This document shows positions 12,855-26,030 of a DNA stretch of 64,000 nucleotides, piece by piece. Source of the DNA: the human T2T-CHM13v2.0 reference genome, Homo sapiens; assembly GCF_009914755.1 (NCBI RefSeq), contig NC_060935.1, one strand, 5' to 3'. Numbering within the stretch: position 1 is the first letter of the stretch; every line of letters starts with the position of its first letter. Under the pieces are notes generated by a model. That model was not told the origin of the DNA and did not search any database. It saw nothing but the letters and a program-made list of their open reading frames with translations. The translations under genes were made by a program, and so were the position numbers.

Positions 12855-13045
12855 GCAGAACTGGGCTGGAAAACTGGAAAATTGACTCCAGTCCCAGTTC
12901 TGACATTCCCAGTTCAGCCATGTGATTTTAGGCAAATCACTTCATCTCTTTAGGCTTTTGTTTCCTTGTTTGTGAAAGGAAGGCTATTGAGTCATAGTTT
13001 CTAAATGTCCTTCCAACTCAGACATTCTCTGACGTCCATGATTTG
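12855..13045 (+). mobile_element. MIR/MIR3 SINE
   Basis: 'tgtgattttaggcaaatcacttcatctc', tail 'ctaaatgtccttccaactc'. Confidence 0.7.
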
Positions 13046-13354
13046 AAAAGCCTGGATTGCACTTCCTTCCTACCTAACAGGAAAGCTTAGAAAGATGGAG
13101 CTGCCTCACCTTGCACAAATAGGTGCTTAATTGTTGGATGAATGAATGGAAGGATCAGAGAATAAGTGACACCCAATGACACACATTCTGGGACATCTTC
13201 ATGAAAGGGTTGCCAAACCAAGATGAGAAAGACACCAAACAGGTAATGAACATGAAGCATAAAGTAAGTCAGGGAAATGGGGAGGTGGACACATGAGTGG
13301 TAGAAGTAGATCCACCTTTGACCTCCACAAGTGGGAGCTCCATTGATGCTAAGT

Positions 13355-13556
13355 CATAGAATCATAATTACAGAGGTTCAGAACTCAAATGAACCTGAAG
13401 ACCACTGTCATGTCAAGCCAACCCATTTAACAGGTGGAGAAATAAGACTAGGAAAAGTGACTTGCCTGTGGTCCCAGAGCTAGCTCACAAAAGAGAGCTA
13501 GGAGCCAGCTCTTCTGCTTCTCTCCCCTGTGCTTTACCTCTGCACTGTGCTGCCTC
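13355..13556 (-). mobile_element. MIR3-like SINE
   Basis: 'cccatttaacaggtggagaaataagac...aagtgacttgcctgtggtcccagagctag'. Confidence 0.7.
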
Positions 13557-14181
13557 ACATTTTATGAAAGAGCAGCAAAAAAATGGAGCTGAAGCTTTAG
13601 GTAAGGGCCCAGAGTTGATAACCCAATGTGACTTTAATGGCAATACTGGAGAAAAAGACCTCCCAGAATGTTTCAAGAAAATACCTCTTATCCCAACCTA
13701 TGTTCCTTCCTCCCATCCCTCAATTACAACTGAATAGGGACATAGAGCAGCAGGTTCTGCAAAATGCATACCCCATAAGAGAAGATGACCAGAAGTAAAG
13801 ACAGAAAGAACTAATTTTAGTGGTATTCTGGGAATAATTCAAACAGATTTTGTTTTATTGAGAACAGTCATGAGCAGTGGCAAAAGTTAGAGCCTCCTTC
13901 TCTCTCCAGAACTGCGAAAAACCCCCTTACCATCTGGCCAGTGGCTTTGTCAGCTGACTTTCTCATGAGACATCCAACTCCCTAGACTTCAGGTTTTCCT
14001 TCTATGAAACAGAGAGGGACAGAGCCAGTAATATTCTAATGAGGTTCATAGATAACCAAACACCAGATTCATCCACTCAAAACTGCCTTTATTACATTCT
14101 CCCTGCTTAAAAAAATCTCTTGTGACTCCCTGTGGCCATGTTCATTCTACTCAAGAAACTTTGCTTATTCAGTTTCCTTGC

Positions 14182-14609
14182 TGTCTAAGTCCATTTTCTG
14201 TTGCTGTAACAGAATATCTAAGACTGGGTAATTTGTAAAGAAGAAAATATTATTTCTTACAGTTCTGGAGGCTGAGAAGTCCAAGGTTGAGGAGCTGCCT
14301 CTGGTCTGGTGAGTTCTGGTGAGGAACTCGTGCTGCATCATAACATGGCGAAAGGCATCACAGGACAAGAGGGGTGCGCTGAGAGTCAAACCGGCTTTTG
14401 TAACAGACCCACTATCGTGATAACTAACCTACTCCTATGATAGCCCATCAATCCATTAGCCCATTAATCCATGCATGAATTGATCCAGTCATGAGAGCAG
14501 AGGCCTCATGATCCAGTCACCTCTTAGAGGCCCCACCTGATAATACTGTTACAATGGGGATTAAGTTTCAATGTAAGTCTCAGAAGGAACAAATATTTAA
14601 ACCATAGCA
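14182..14609 (-). mobile_element. MSTC-like MaLR solo LTR
   Basis: Reverse-oriented LTR 'tgtctaagtccattttctgttgc...aaaccatagca'; 5-bp TSD cttgc/cttgt. Confidence 0.88.
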
Positions 14610-14761
14610 CTTGTCTAATATGAAGAGTTTCTTGATCACTCAGAAGAGGACGTTCCTTCTTGCTTTCTGCATTTGTGGTCTATAATACTCATTTGGCACC
14701 ACGTACATGATACCTCGAATTATAATCTTATTGTTATTTCCAGATGAGATCACTTACTATC

Positions 14762-15264
14762 TGTGGTAGACAGAATAATGAGCCCTTGAAGATGTCTACA
14801 TTATAATCCCTAGAACCTGAAAACATATTATGTTACATGGTGAGGGGGAATTACAGTAGCAGAGGGAATTAAGGTTGCTAGCCAGCTAACCTTATGATAG
14901 GGAGATTATCCTGGGTTATCCAGGAAAGCCCAATATAATCAAAAGAGCCCTTAAATGAAGAAGAGCGGGGGCAGAAGAGCCATAACTAAAAATATAGCAT
15001 TGTCATAAGGACTCAACCAGGTATTGCTGGGTTTGAAGATGAAAGAGATCACCTTCTTGGAGGTCTCTAGAAGCTGGGAGGGGGAAGAAAACAGATTCTT
15101 CCCTACAGCCTCCAGAAAGAAGACAGCCCTGCGAACATGTTGATTTTAGCCTAATGAGACTCTTCAAACTTCTGACCTCTAGAGCTACAAGATAATAAAT
15201 TTGAGTTGTTCTAAGCTACTATATTTATGGCAATTTCTTACAGCAACAATAGGAAATTCATATG
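14762..15264 (+). mobile_element. MLT1D MaLR solo LTR
   Basis: 'tgtggtagacagaataatg', 'gggagattatcctgggttatcc', 'cagcaacaataggaaa'. Confidence 0.88.
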
Positions 15265-15609
15265 CTGCCTGTTATATCCTACACTTTTATGCTAAACTGT
15301 TCGATGTCATAGACTATAGTCAATATTTTTTTTTTCTAGCTACCAACTAGTACTGGACACAAATTAAGCAACCAGTGGATGTTTTTCTAAGCAAGTGAAT
15401 AAATGAATGAATGAATGATTTGGAGTTAAAACAACTTGAATATTACTCAGTCAATCAAATAATAGATAGACCCCAAAGTATAAAAATCTCTTGAAAGCAG
15501 ACTCAGATGTCTGGGTAAAATATGCTATTATTTCATGGGTATTTCTTATGTGGGTGATTTAAAAGTCTCATTATTGTTATTATTTTTCCAAAACCATATG
15601 ATACTTTGG

Positions 15610-15840
15610 GAATAAGTTTGGTCTTGAAGTCAGAAGACCTGGAACAAAGACCTTCTGTTGACACATATTAGCTGCATGACCTTGCATAAGTCATGTAATT
15701 TACCGGGCCTCAATCACACCATCTGTAAAAGAAAGATGCTGTCCACTATCTTGAGAACCCCCCAGGGTTGTGGTGAGGACAAATGAGACAATGCAGAAAA
15801 ACAGGGCTGTGAAAACTGTCAAATGCTGTGCAAATGGGTG
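15610..15840 (+). mobile_element. MIR SINE
   Basis: 'gaagtcagaagacctgg', 'catctgtaaaa', 'cagggttgtggtgaggacaaatgaga'. Confidence 0.75.
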
Positions 15841-16230
15841 GAGTTGTCATTTGCCACACTCCTCTTTAGACTAATTTTTTAGATAACAGGGATTTTTATT
15901 AGTGCCTCTTCTATGCTCACTTTGTTACATGAGTCCTTGTTGGAGAAATGTAAGAAATAAAAGCTTGGAAGAGTTCATGGTTCAAATGAGAGACTAGGAG
16001 GGAATAAGACAATTCATTCAGTTTGTACTCTGGTCTATAAGCCCACCTGCACCTGGTTTGGCCCTAGGCACTGAGGGACCAGGTACTGCTGAGAATGGGC
16101 AATGAGCCTCCTGGGACAAATCACAGTTCAGTGAGTTGACACCCAGAATCCAAAGTTAACCAACTAAAGAGAAGGACGTTTCTTCTGGGGGAAGCTTTAT
16201 CAGGTAGCTGGTTCCATTCCTGATACAGAG

Positions 16231-16605
16231 TGTTTTAGTTCATTTTCTGTTGCTATAACAGAATACCACAGACCGGATAATTTATGAAGAAAATGAACTT
16301 ATTTGGCTTACGGTTCTGGAGACTGAGAAGTCCAAGAGCATGGCACTAGCATCTGGTGAGGGCCTTCTTGCTGCATCATAACATGGTGGAGGGCATCACA
16401 TGGCAAAAGGGTAACAGCAAGAGAGCAAGAGAGAACTCACTTTTATAAGACATCCACCACCAAAACAACAAACCCACTGTTGTGATAGTGACATTAATCC
16501 ACTCATGAGAGAAAAGCCCTCATTAATCTATTAATCTATTCTCAAGGGCATAGGGATTAAGTTACCAACACATGAACTTTTGGGAAACACATTCAAACTA
16601 TAGGA
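16231..16605 (-). mobile_element. MSTD-like MaLR solo LTR
   Basis: 'tgttttagttcattttctgttgctataacagaataccacagac...acattcaaactatagg'; TSD cagag/cggag. Confidence 0.88.
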
Positions 16606-17727
16606 CGGAGCACTCATGGAGCAACTTCTACCTGCTAGAAAAGCATTGCAAGCTTTTTCTTTATTATCTGGGATCTCCACATACCCATGGCTCAATGGGG
16701 CTGGAATATGGAAGAAGCAGAGGACTTGAGCACACCCAGACACAATCCCTGGAAGATATCTGGCCCTCAGAACTAATGCCTTTTATTTCCCAGGGAAAAT
16801 TTTATTTCTTTGAGAAGTTAAGTCATTTAGGCTGACAACAGGGTCTGCCTCAGGCAAAAAGCTGAGGATGGAGAAGTTGCTCTTGTATAACACCTTACTT
16901 CTCAAAGAAAAGTGCTCTAGATGCCCTCCCCATCCCCCATTTGCTTAAAGAGTCAAAAGCATTTATAATCCCATCACTCTACAAATAATCTCATTTAAGA
17001 AATAAAAACATATGACACAAAGCTCTTCATCTCCATTCCCATTAGCCTCGAATTCTCCTTACAACTCTTCCCAGCTTCAGAAATGTGGGATAAAGTCTCC
17101 TTCTAACTATTTAAATCTAATTTCTTACTTGTGCTTTTGATCCTACACTAATCCATAAATGCAAAAGGAGAAAAATGCTACAGGCACAAAAAAGTGTTCA
17201 TTATAGCAATATCAATAAAAATTATGTAACCTAGAATTCTGATTACAGATGGCAGTTTGCTAGCATGTGCTTATTGCTTCTTCATTCTGTGTTCCCACTA
17301 ATATGATAAAAAGAATAATTTAAAACATACACACACACATAGAGAATGAGAAAGGAGACATCGGCATATAACAGATTTCAACAAATTTTTAGAAGATTGA
17401 AAGTTGTTGGAGGAACAGTTACTGATTTGGCAAGATGGAAGACACCAGAGGAGGAACATGAAAAAGAACCAGTTTGCTCCATGTAACCCTGGAAAGGCTA
17501 AGCATGCAGATAAATCAGAACACTAGAATCAGAAAGTATTTTGTACTCAACCCACTCACCTCTTCTCCAGGCAGGAGATCTGCATTTTCTTCTCTAGCAA
17601 AATTAACTAGAAAAACTCAGGGTTTTCAGAGGCAACAAAAGAGGTGACTTCAAGGAAAAGTCCAGTTTCCTTGAAGTGAAGCCATCAGTTGAAAAATACC
17701 ACCACTTTCCACCTAAACCCACACACA

Positions 17728-17732
<5 letters not shown>

Positions 17733-17767
<35 letters not shown>
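17733..17767 (+). repeat. (AC)n microsatellite
   Basis: Direct reading. Confidence 0.97.
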
Positions 17768-17768
<1 letters not shown>

Positions 17769-19167
17769 TTTGGCATCTTAAATATGAACAGACAACTAAG
17801 ATTAAACAAATAATTGAGAAAAGCCCTAACATGAAAGGTTTTCATGTGAGAAATCAAAACAAACAGGAAATAAAGATCTTTATTTATCAGAGATAATGCA
17901 AGACAGAAGGAAATAGTTCCCCCTAATTATTATCCTCAGTTACATATGAAAAAATGCATATGTTAAGCAGCAGGAAACTAAGAAAGAAAAAACTCAGAGA
18001 CTAAGAAAGAACTTTTGGAAATTGACATGCCTTAGAAACTTGAACTGGATGCCTGAAAAAGCAAGTCAAGAAAATCTGAAGGGAAAGAGAACAAAAAGAC
18101 AAAAAGAGGACCAATGGGAAGGGAAAAAAAACATTTAAATAGAAGGTAAACCCAAGAACTCTATCATACAAATTATAATGACTATAGAAAGAACAGAGAA
18201 AGTTGTGGAAATGGGACTAAAAGGAGGGTATTGTTATTTTCTCAAGACAAGTCTTCATATTGAAAGGACACACAGGATATCCAGCACAAAAGTGAAAAAA
18301 GAGCCACATTAAAAGTTCATGAATATTAAATGTCAGAAAACAAAGGATCAAGAAAGGATTATAAGATATTCTAAAATGAAAAAATAAAAAGTCACAAAGA
18401 TGGAATAAGAATTAATATGACTTCAGGCTTTTTCTTAGTAACACTGGATGATAGAAGCCTATGGACCAAGGTCTTCAAAATTCTAATAGAAAACTTTTTT
18501 AACTTAAAATTTTACACATCATCAAACTATCCATCAAGTTTAACAGAAGAACTAAAATGTTTGAGGCATTTCAAATTTGAGGAATGACTCAAAAAAATTA
18601 CCTCCATTTGTTAGGAAGCTATTTGAAGATACACTCCAGCAAAAAGAGAGAGTAAATCAAGAAAGATGAAGGCATGGGAAAGAGGAGGCAACGGATACAA
18701 CTTAGGAAAGTTGTGTTGGGAGATTCCAGGGTAACAAATGTGTAACTTTCCAGCATCACAGAAGACCCCAGGAGGGCCACCTCTAATAAAAAGAAAGAGA
18801 TGGGGTCTCCATAGAATCTCTTTAAAAGTAAAGTATTTGGAAAATATTAAGAACACATGAATGGCAAAGTATGCATTTTTTTTTAAATTAAGCAATTATA
18901 AATCCCAAGAATAATAAAAAACAGAATGAGAAATAAAATGAAATCATAGTATTTTATTAGGCTCTGAAATAAATAATATTTGCACAGTCATAATGATATA
19001 CAGCTGATTATTTATCATGTAAAAATGGTGGTACAATTACATTAGGAAGGTGAAGGATGGAAAATTGGAAAGTGGTGTAAAAGAGCTAAATCCTTTTCTA
19101 ACATAAAAGAAAATCAATAGATAATGTCAAAAACAAATAAATAGAAATTATCAGTAGAGGCATATGA

Positions 19168-19666
19168 CAGTTGACCCTTGAACAACACAGGTTTAAACCA
19201 TGTGGGTCCATTTATACATGGATTTTTTTCAATAAAACTTACACCAATGTGCCTGCCTCTCCTGCCTCCCCTTCTACCTCCTACATCTCTTCTGCCTCTG
19301 CCACCCCTGAGACAGCAAGACCAACCCCTCCTCCTCTTCTTCCTCCTCATCCTACTCAACATGAAGACAACAAACATGAAGACCTGTATGATTATCCACT
19401 TCTACTTAATGAATAGGAAATATGTTTCTCTTCCTTATGATTCTCATAACATTTTCTTTTCTCTAGCTTACTTTATTGTAATAATACAGGATACAATACA
19501 TATAACATTCAAAATATGTGTTAATTGACTGTTTATGTGTCTGGTAAAGTTTCCAATCAACAGTAAGCTATTAGTTAAGTTTGGGGAGAGTCAGAAGCTA
19601 TACACAGATTTGTGACTCCACAGGGGTTCAGCACCCCTAACCTCCATGTTGTCTGAAGATCAACTG
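19168..19666. mobile_element. Tigger2a (MER28) TcMar DNA transposon
   Basis: TIRs 'cagttgacccttgaacaac' and 'gttgtctgaagatcaactg', followed by TA. Confidence 0.9.
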
Positions 19667-19874
19667 TATTCGAAAATTTGGAATTAGCTACAAAAAAAAG
19701 CTAATTAATTAAAAAGGGGTTATTTCTACATAGTGGGGCTGAGGTGGAGAGGCCTGGAGTAAGGGAATGTTTTTTATTTTATCTTAAATCTCTTGGATAT
19801 ATTTAATGTTTCAAATTATACACATATATTATTTACTGGTGAAGTATATTTAATTAAAAATGATTATATAGAAA

Positions 19875-22012
19875 ATTCACTTCCAGATATGATTCAGTCA
19901 CAGGGATTGAATTTACCACCTAACTTTGAACACTATAACTTTGAACACTATAAAACCAGAAAAAAACATACGAAATAGCAATTTTCAGACATTGGACAAA
20001 AGGCAGCACAAGACCATGACCTCTGTGAGAAGAGAAACAAATATGCTGAGCCCCACAATTGCCCTAGCACACTGCCAAAGGCTGCTTCCAGGCTGCATGC
20101 AAAAACAAGGATCCCAAACAGAGCCTGGTGGCCTTGATTAGTGGCGAAGACAAAAATCAGAGTTCAGAAAGGCCACTTTGTCTAGAATTTGTCAGAGACA
20201 GTATCAGAGAGAAGGAAGTTGCTTAGACACTTTTCCAGAGATCTGCAGTGAAGGTCCCTTCTGTCTTTGGCTGGGTACTAAACTGCACATGCATAAGATG
20301 AAACTGCCTGATGCTGGTGAAAGAGCCACCAGAAAGCAGTAGGCTAACAACTCTCAAAGCTCACCCAGGGCTGAGAATAGTTCATGTTGCTACCAGCCGT
20401 AGTAGAAAGACCTCAAAATGCAAAAGACATCAGCTAGAGTCTTCAGAAGGCTATCACCTAAATTTACCCTATTCCAAAGGCTGCCCTGAATCTACCTTAA
20501 CAGAGCTTAACATCAGACCTGGAAAGGATCTACTACCAAGGAATATAACTGCATGACAGAAAAAAGTAAGCCCAACATCATTTTTTAAAAATACAATGAA
20601 ATCCTATACTCAATGATGTAGAAGTCACAATGTCTGTCATTCAATCAAAAATCACCAGATGTGAAGAGAAGTATGATAATATGGCCCATTACCAGAGAAA
20701 AATCAATGCCAATAAACCCAAGAATGACTGAGATGATAGAAATACCAAGCAAGGATATTAAAATGGCTATTCCAAACTGCTTTATATGTTCAGGAAGGTA
20801 GAAGAAAACATGACCATGACAGAGAGAGAACTAACAAATATATAAAAGATCCAAATGAAACTTCCAAATATAAAAAATTTAATTTTTAAAAAATATCATT
20901 GGGTGAGACTGAGAATAGATTAGACAATGCAGAAGAAAAAGACATAGCAATAGAAACTATCCACACTGAAGCACAGAGAGTAAAAATATTGGAAAAAAAT
21001 GAGCAGTGTCTCTGTGACCTTTGGAACCATTTCTATCCATTCTATTGTGGTTTAACAATGTGTAATTGGCATTCTGGAAAAGGAAGGGGGATAGAAAAAT
21101 ATTTAAAGAAATAATGGTGAAAAACTTTCCAAATTTTATAACTATAAATTATAAGCATGTGTAAAATGACATCAAGGAGAATAAACTTTAAAAAATTCAA
21201 CAGGCCACTTTTTTCTTTATAATCATATTGCTATAAATGCTGATAAAAAATTCTTACAAATAGAGAAAAAAGACACATTATGTACACAGAAACAAATATA
21301 TGAATGAAAGGAGATTTCACATCAGAAAGTGTACAAACCAGAAGACAATAAAACTCAAATAAATTTTTATGCCCAGCAAAAGTACATTTCAAAAATGAAA
21401 GATGAAATAGATACTTTCTCTGACAAACAACATCTGAAAAAAATGTGTTACCAGCAGAGCTTCACTATAAGAAATTGTAAAAAAAATTCTTCAGGCAGAA
21501 GGAACATGATACCAAATAGAAATCTGCGTCTAAATTTGGAATCAAGAGTGCCATTAATGAGAAATATGTGGGTTAATATAAAAACACTTTTTCATCATTG
21601 AATCTCTTCAAAAGAAAATTGGCTATTTAAAACAAAAATAATACTAGCATGTCATGGGATTTATATCATATATAGCAGTAAAATGTGACAATAGTATAAA
21701 ATATGGGAGAAGGTTCTTGTACTATACATGAAGTGGTATAATATTATTTGAAGGCAGACTGTGATAAGTTAATGATATATATTATAAACTTTAGTGCAAT
21801 TAATAGCAAAATAGAGGTATAGCTAATAAACTGACAAAAAAATGGAATCATGAAAATAATGTAAGAAAAGCAAAAAAGAAGGAATAAAAAATAGGTAGGA
21901 AATAGGAAAATAAATAACACAGTAGATTTAAACCCAGTCATATCAATAATTACATTAAATGTAAATTATTTAAACACCACAATTAAAAGCAGATTGTCAG
22001 ATTGAATAAAAT
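19875..22012 (+). mobile_element. Old L1M (L1MD-like) 5'UTR, decayed ORF1 and start of ORF2
   Basis: 'ttttcagacattggacaaaaggcagcacaagac', 'gaatagttcatgttgctaccagcc'; ORF2 endonuclease start 'atatcaataattacattaaatgtaaat'. Confidence 0.8.
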
Positions 22013-22019
22013 GGCAAGA

Positions 22020-22528
22020 TGTATTAGGCAGGCCTCTTTGGTTGTAAGTAACAGAAACCTTATTCAAACATTGATACTCACACAGTTGAGAAGTCCAGTT
22101 CCAAGAAAATACAAGCATTCAACCAATGTAATTATATCCTTTCTCTATCTCTTGAGTCTGCTTTTATTTGCTTGTTGGCTTCACTCTCCCAGAATAAAGA
22201 AGGCTTCTCCAGGTGCTGAAGACAATGGCCACAAATGGGTGTGGTTTATACTATTATTACAGCTCCCAACCTCAGGCAAGAGAAAGAACCTTTCATTAAT
22301 AAGAAGCTTATCTCAAAATTTAGAGAAGAATCTGTTTGTCCCACTTGCTCACCTTTCATCCAATCATGACCTTCGTGGGTGGAGTAATCTAGCCAGCCTG
22401 TGGTCAGGGAAACTGGACACCATGATGAACACTCTGGACATGGTGAACACCAATGGTAAAATGCAATACATTGCAAGTCAAAAACAGAAGGGATGTTTGA
22501 TTGGCAAATGCAACAGATGCTCAACACA
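22020..22528 (-). mobile_element. MLT1K/J-like MaLR LTR
   Basis: 'tttggttgtaagtaacagaaacc' at one end, 'aacagatgctcaacaca' at the other. Confidence 0.65.
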
Positions 22529-22689
22529 CCTCCCTTCTGTTCTATTACCTCACCAAGTTTCCATCCCAACTCTCCTCTTCTCCTCTTTGTTAAACACCAT
22601 CCAAAGCATGGATGCAACAGGCCTGTCTCTACTTCAACATCAGGCATGCATCTCCTTCAATTCGTTGTAAATATATGTTGTAAAATAAA

Positions 22690-23259
22690 TGTTCCATACA
22701 GCCTTCCCTATCTACAGCTTCACATACATATCCCCTTCTAACCAACCTCCACCCAAAGAAATGTGCACACACACAGCTAGGGATGAATTGAAGTAGTGAT
22801 GACCACCTGACCCAAAAGTAGCCAATGTCAGTTGACTAGAAATCTGATTTTGTGTGACCTTGCACCAAGAGATGAGCAGGGCTGAACAGATTCTATCCTA
22901 AGAACTTGATTTAAGACATGAGATTGCCAACAGTTGGTGGTGAGAAGGTCCTGTATATTGAAAGTAATGATAGCCATTTTCAAGTTGATGAGTAAAGGGA
23001 GGAAGCTATTCTTCTGAAAAAGGAAAGTGGAGCTGACAATAAGTAGAGCGGAGAGACGAGCCTGTGGCCCAGGAGAGGGAAATAGAGGTAGTAGCCAGCT
23101 GCTTCTGTTTCTCTCATCTCCCCTGGTGTTCAGCTGCCCTGATTTCTTGTCCTTTCATTCTGTGAGAGCTCTATATCCTTGCAATAAGCATACTTCCTTA
23201 CTTGAGTAACTTTGAATGACTTCTGTTTTGTTGCAACCAAAGGAGCCATAACTTGAACA
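22690..23259 (+). mobile_element. Ancient ERVL/MaLR-type LTR
   Basis: 'cacctgacccaaaagtagccaat', end 'ttctgttttgttgcaaccaaaggagccataacttgaaca'. Confidence 0.5.
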
Positions 23260-23444
23260 ATTGCGAGTGTCTTCTTAATTGTCTCTCAATATTGCACAGT
23301 AACTTCTTTAAGGGTAAGCAGTGTGTTTTATTTCATCTGTGTAACCCAGCTCATGGTAACATGACTGAATTATACAAATGTTGATAGAGATAATAATGAA
23401 TTAATTAATCTGGTTACTTATACCTCTACCACTACCAAAATAGC

Positions 23445-23830
23445 AAATAGTTTGTTTTGCCTCCTCTACATTAATTCCTTTGTGAAATGGCTTTTTCTCT
23501 ACTCACTGTGGCTCTGATGGGATTAGGAATCCCAGGCTTCCACCCCCAGCCCAATGAAATAGGAATACAACCCACAATACAGGTCAGTCTCTCCCATGCA
23601 GGAATTTTTAATATAAGTCATTAGATAGTAGTTCCTTAAAAAAAGGTTGATAAGTTTCTGCAGCTGAGATCCTTGGAGCTCCCCTGGTTTCTAGCCTTCC
23701 AGGGGTCTGATTTCCAGCTCTTTCTTCAGTCCTAGGATTGTTGACTATCCTTTCAATAAATCTCCATTTCTTGTTTAAGTACTCATAGTCAATTTCTATT
23801 ACTTCTAGACTTAGAATTCTCTCTGATGTA
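23445..23830 (+). mobile_element. Ancient MLT1-type LTR
   Basis: 'aataaatctccatttcttgtttaag...tttctattacttc' resembles a MaLR 3' end. Confidence 0.45.
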
Positions 23831-25069
23831 ACTTGGTTCCCAGGGAGGCCAGTTTCTCCCCTGCCCATTTAGAATAACTAGAATAAATCCTTCTTTTTGG
23901 AAAGAACAAAAACATACTATCTTGGAAACAAATAAAATATTCCTTTATCGATCAGTTGCTCTACTCCTGATCCAACCTTCTGGGCTGCCTTTTATGCAAG
24001 AAGCACCATGGGTTCTGTCTTGTTTTTATATTCAACCTCATTCCCATCTTCTTAGGCTATCTCTGAGAGAAAGAGTCAGGAACATGATTCCTTAAAGAGG
24101 TATGTATATTTGGGAACCCAGGCAAACAGAAGCTACCTTCACTTAGCCAAAGAACCCTTTTTACAGCAATATAAAACAGACTTCATTCCTTGTGTAAGAA
24201 GGGCCTATATTCAACCTAACAGTGTATCTCCCAGGCTTATGCCTGGTGTCCCAGTTTCTAATGATGGACTTACTCTCTCCCCTTGGATCAGCACTCCTCT
24301 TCATAGAGAAGCCTTACTGAGGGTGTTGTTCTTGATTCTCCCAAGACCTTAAGTTCCAAGGCATTTATCTCCTCTCAACGCTCTGACTCATTATTCTATT
24401 TTACTGAAGTACTTAGAATGAGAGCTTTTGGGAAGAGCTCTATACAATTATATAAATGAATAGGCACATTTATTTGAAATGTTTTCAGATTTCTTAGAAT
24501 AAAATTTTATGTTCTTTCCTTGGCACTAATTTCTTAAAGTGGGTAGCAGTCCTGGAGGATATCCTTGCCCAATTGAGGGGCATTTATAAGGCAATCTAAA
24601 GACAAACCAATAGATATCAGTTCATTTTGCCAATAGTTGTTAAGCACCTACTCCACACCGGGCATTGTGCTGAGAGCTGGGTACACAGTGGTGAGGAAAA
24701 CAGACACAGTCCTACCTTCAAAGATGACACAATGTAGCAGAGAAGAGAGAAGAAAATAAGTCAATAAACTCAAAAATAACCATAAATGAGTGATTAGTGC
24801 TATGAAAGAAATGAACAGGAAACAATGATAGGCAATAATAGGAGGGAAACTTCTCAAATGAGAGAAGGCAGATGAGGCTCTCTGAGGCCTGAAGGATAAG
24901 GAGTGAGTGGTACAGGAACCAGCTGGATGGAATAGCATAGATGAGACCTGGAGGTAGGAAAGAGGTTCATGTGTTTAACGAACTAAGTGGAGCAGGGAAA
25001 TGGAGAGGAGAGATGAGGGGGAAAAGAGAGTTGGGGCCATGTACAGAGTTTGGATTTTACATTAAACAT

Positions 25070-25477
25070 AGTGAAAATATAGTAACTTTGGAAAACAATG
25101 TGACAGTTTCTTTAAAAGTTAAATATAAATTTACTACATAGCCCAGCAATTCCACTACTATTTACCCAAAAGAAATGAAAACATGTGTTTACACAGAGAC
25201 TTATACATGAACATTCATAGCAGCATCATTTATAATAGTCCAAGATTGGAAAAAAAATTAATTGTCCATCAATAAGAGCATAGACAAATAAATAGTGGTA
25301 TGTCCATAAAATGGATTACTGTTTGTTAGGCAAATAAAAAAGGAACAGACTACTATTACAAGACAGCCTTGTGTTCACTAGTGCCTACTTGGGTGTATAT
25401 AATCATGAAAACTCACTGAATAGACAAAATAAGATTTGCACATTTTATAGTATATAAATTATATTTCAATATGAAAA
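25070..25477 (+). mobile_element. L1M (L1MB/L1ME-type) 3' end
   Basis: 'cccagcaattccact...tttacccaaaagaaatgaaaacatgtg', end 'tataaattatatttcaat'. Confidence 0.8.
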
Positions 25478-25741
25478 GTGTAATGGGAAGTTGCTGAAGA
25501 GTTTTCAAAGTAAGGAAAAAATGTAATTTGATTTTTTTTTTACAGATTCCTCAGATCACTTTGTGAAAATAGATTTGAAGGGAGCTTAAGAACAAGTAGG
25601 GTGACCAGTAAAGGGGTTAATGCCATAGTCCAAGAAAAAGATTCTGAAGGCTTAGACTAGTGAGGAATAACAGAAGCCAACAGACAGACTTAAGATATAC
25701 TTAGGAGATAGAAATGACAGGATTTATTGATTTTTTAAAAA

Positions 25742-26030
25742 GATGAGGTGTAAGAATCACTTGAACCCAGGAGTTTGAGACCAGCCTAGGCAACATAGCA
25801 AGAACCCCTCTCTACAAAAAAAAAAAAAACAAACCAAAAAGACATTGAATTAGCCAGGCAAGGTGGTGTGCATCTGTAGTCCAAGCTACTTAGCAGACTG
25901 AGGTGGGTGGATCTCTTGAGCCCAGGAGGTCAAGGTTGCAGTGAATTATGATAGCACCACTGCACTCCAGCCTGGACAACAGAGAGAGATTCTGTCTCAA
26001 AAAAAAAAAAAAAAAAAAAACAACAACAAA
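25742..26030 (+). mobile_element. AluJ, 5'-truncated
   Basis: 'aatcacttgaacccaggagtttgagaccagcctaggcaacatag', right arm and poly(A). Confidence 0.92.

Larger units (their letters stand above)
17240..19870 (+). mobile_element. HAL1 (half-L1, ORF1-only LINE), near full length, interrupted by Tigger2a
   Basis: 5' 'cagatggcag...cccactaatatga', body 'caaaaaaattacctcc...aggaagctatttgaagatacactccagcaaaaagagagagtaaatcaagaaaga', and a 3' UTR-like tail; recalled HAL1 motifs. Confidence 0.65.

Noticed and set aside
12855-13556. Inverted MIR pair
   Set aside because: Copies are too diverged for a convincing stem.
22002-22670. Longest ORF in the track (222 aa)
   Set aside because: Non-ATG start, runs antisense through an MLT1 LTR, no recognisable protein features.
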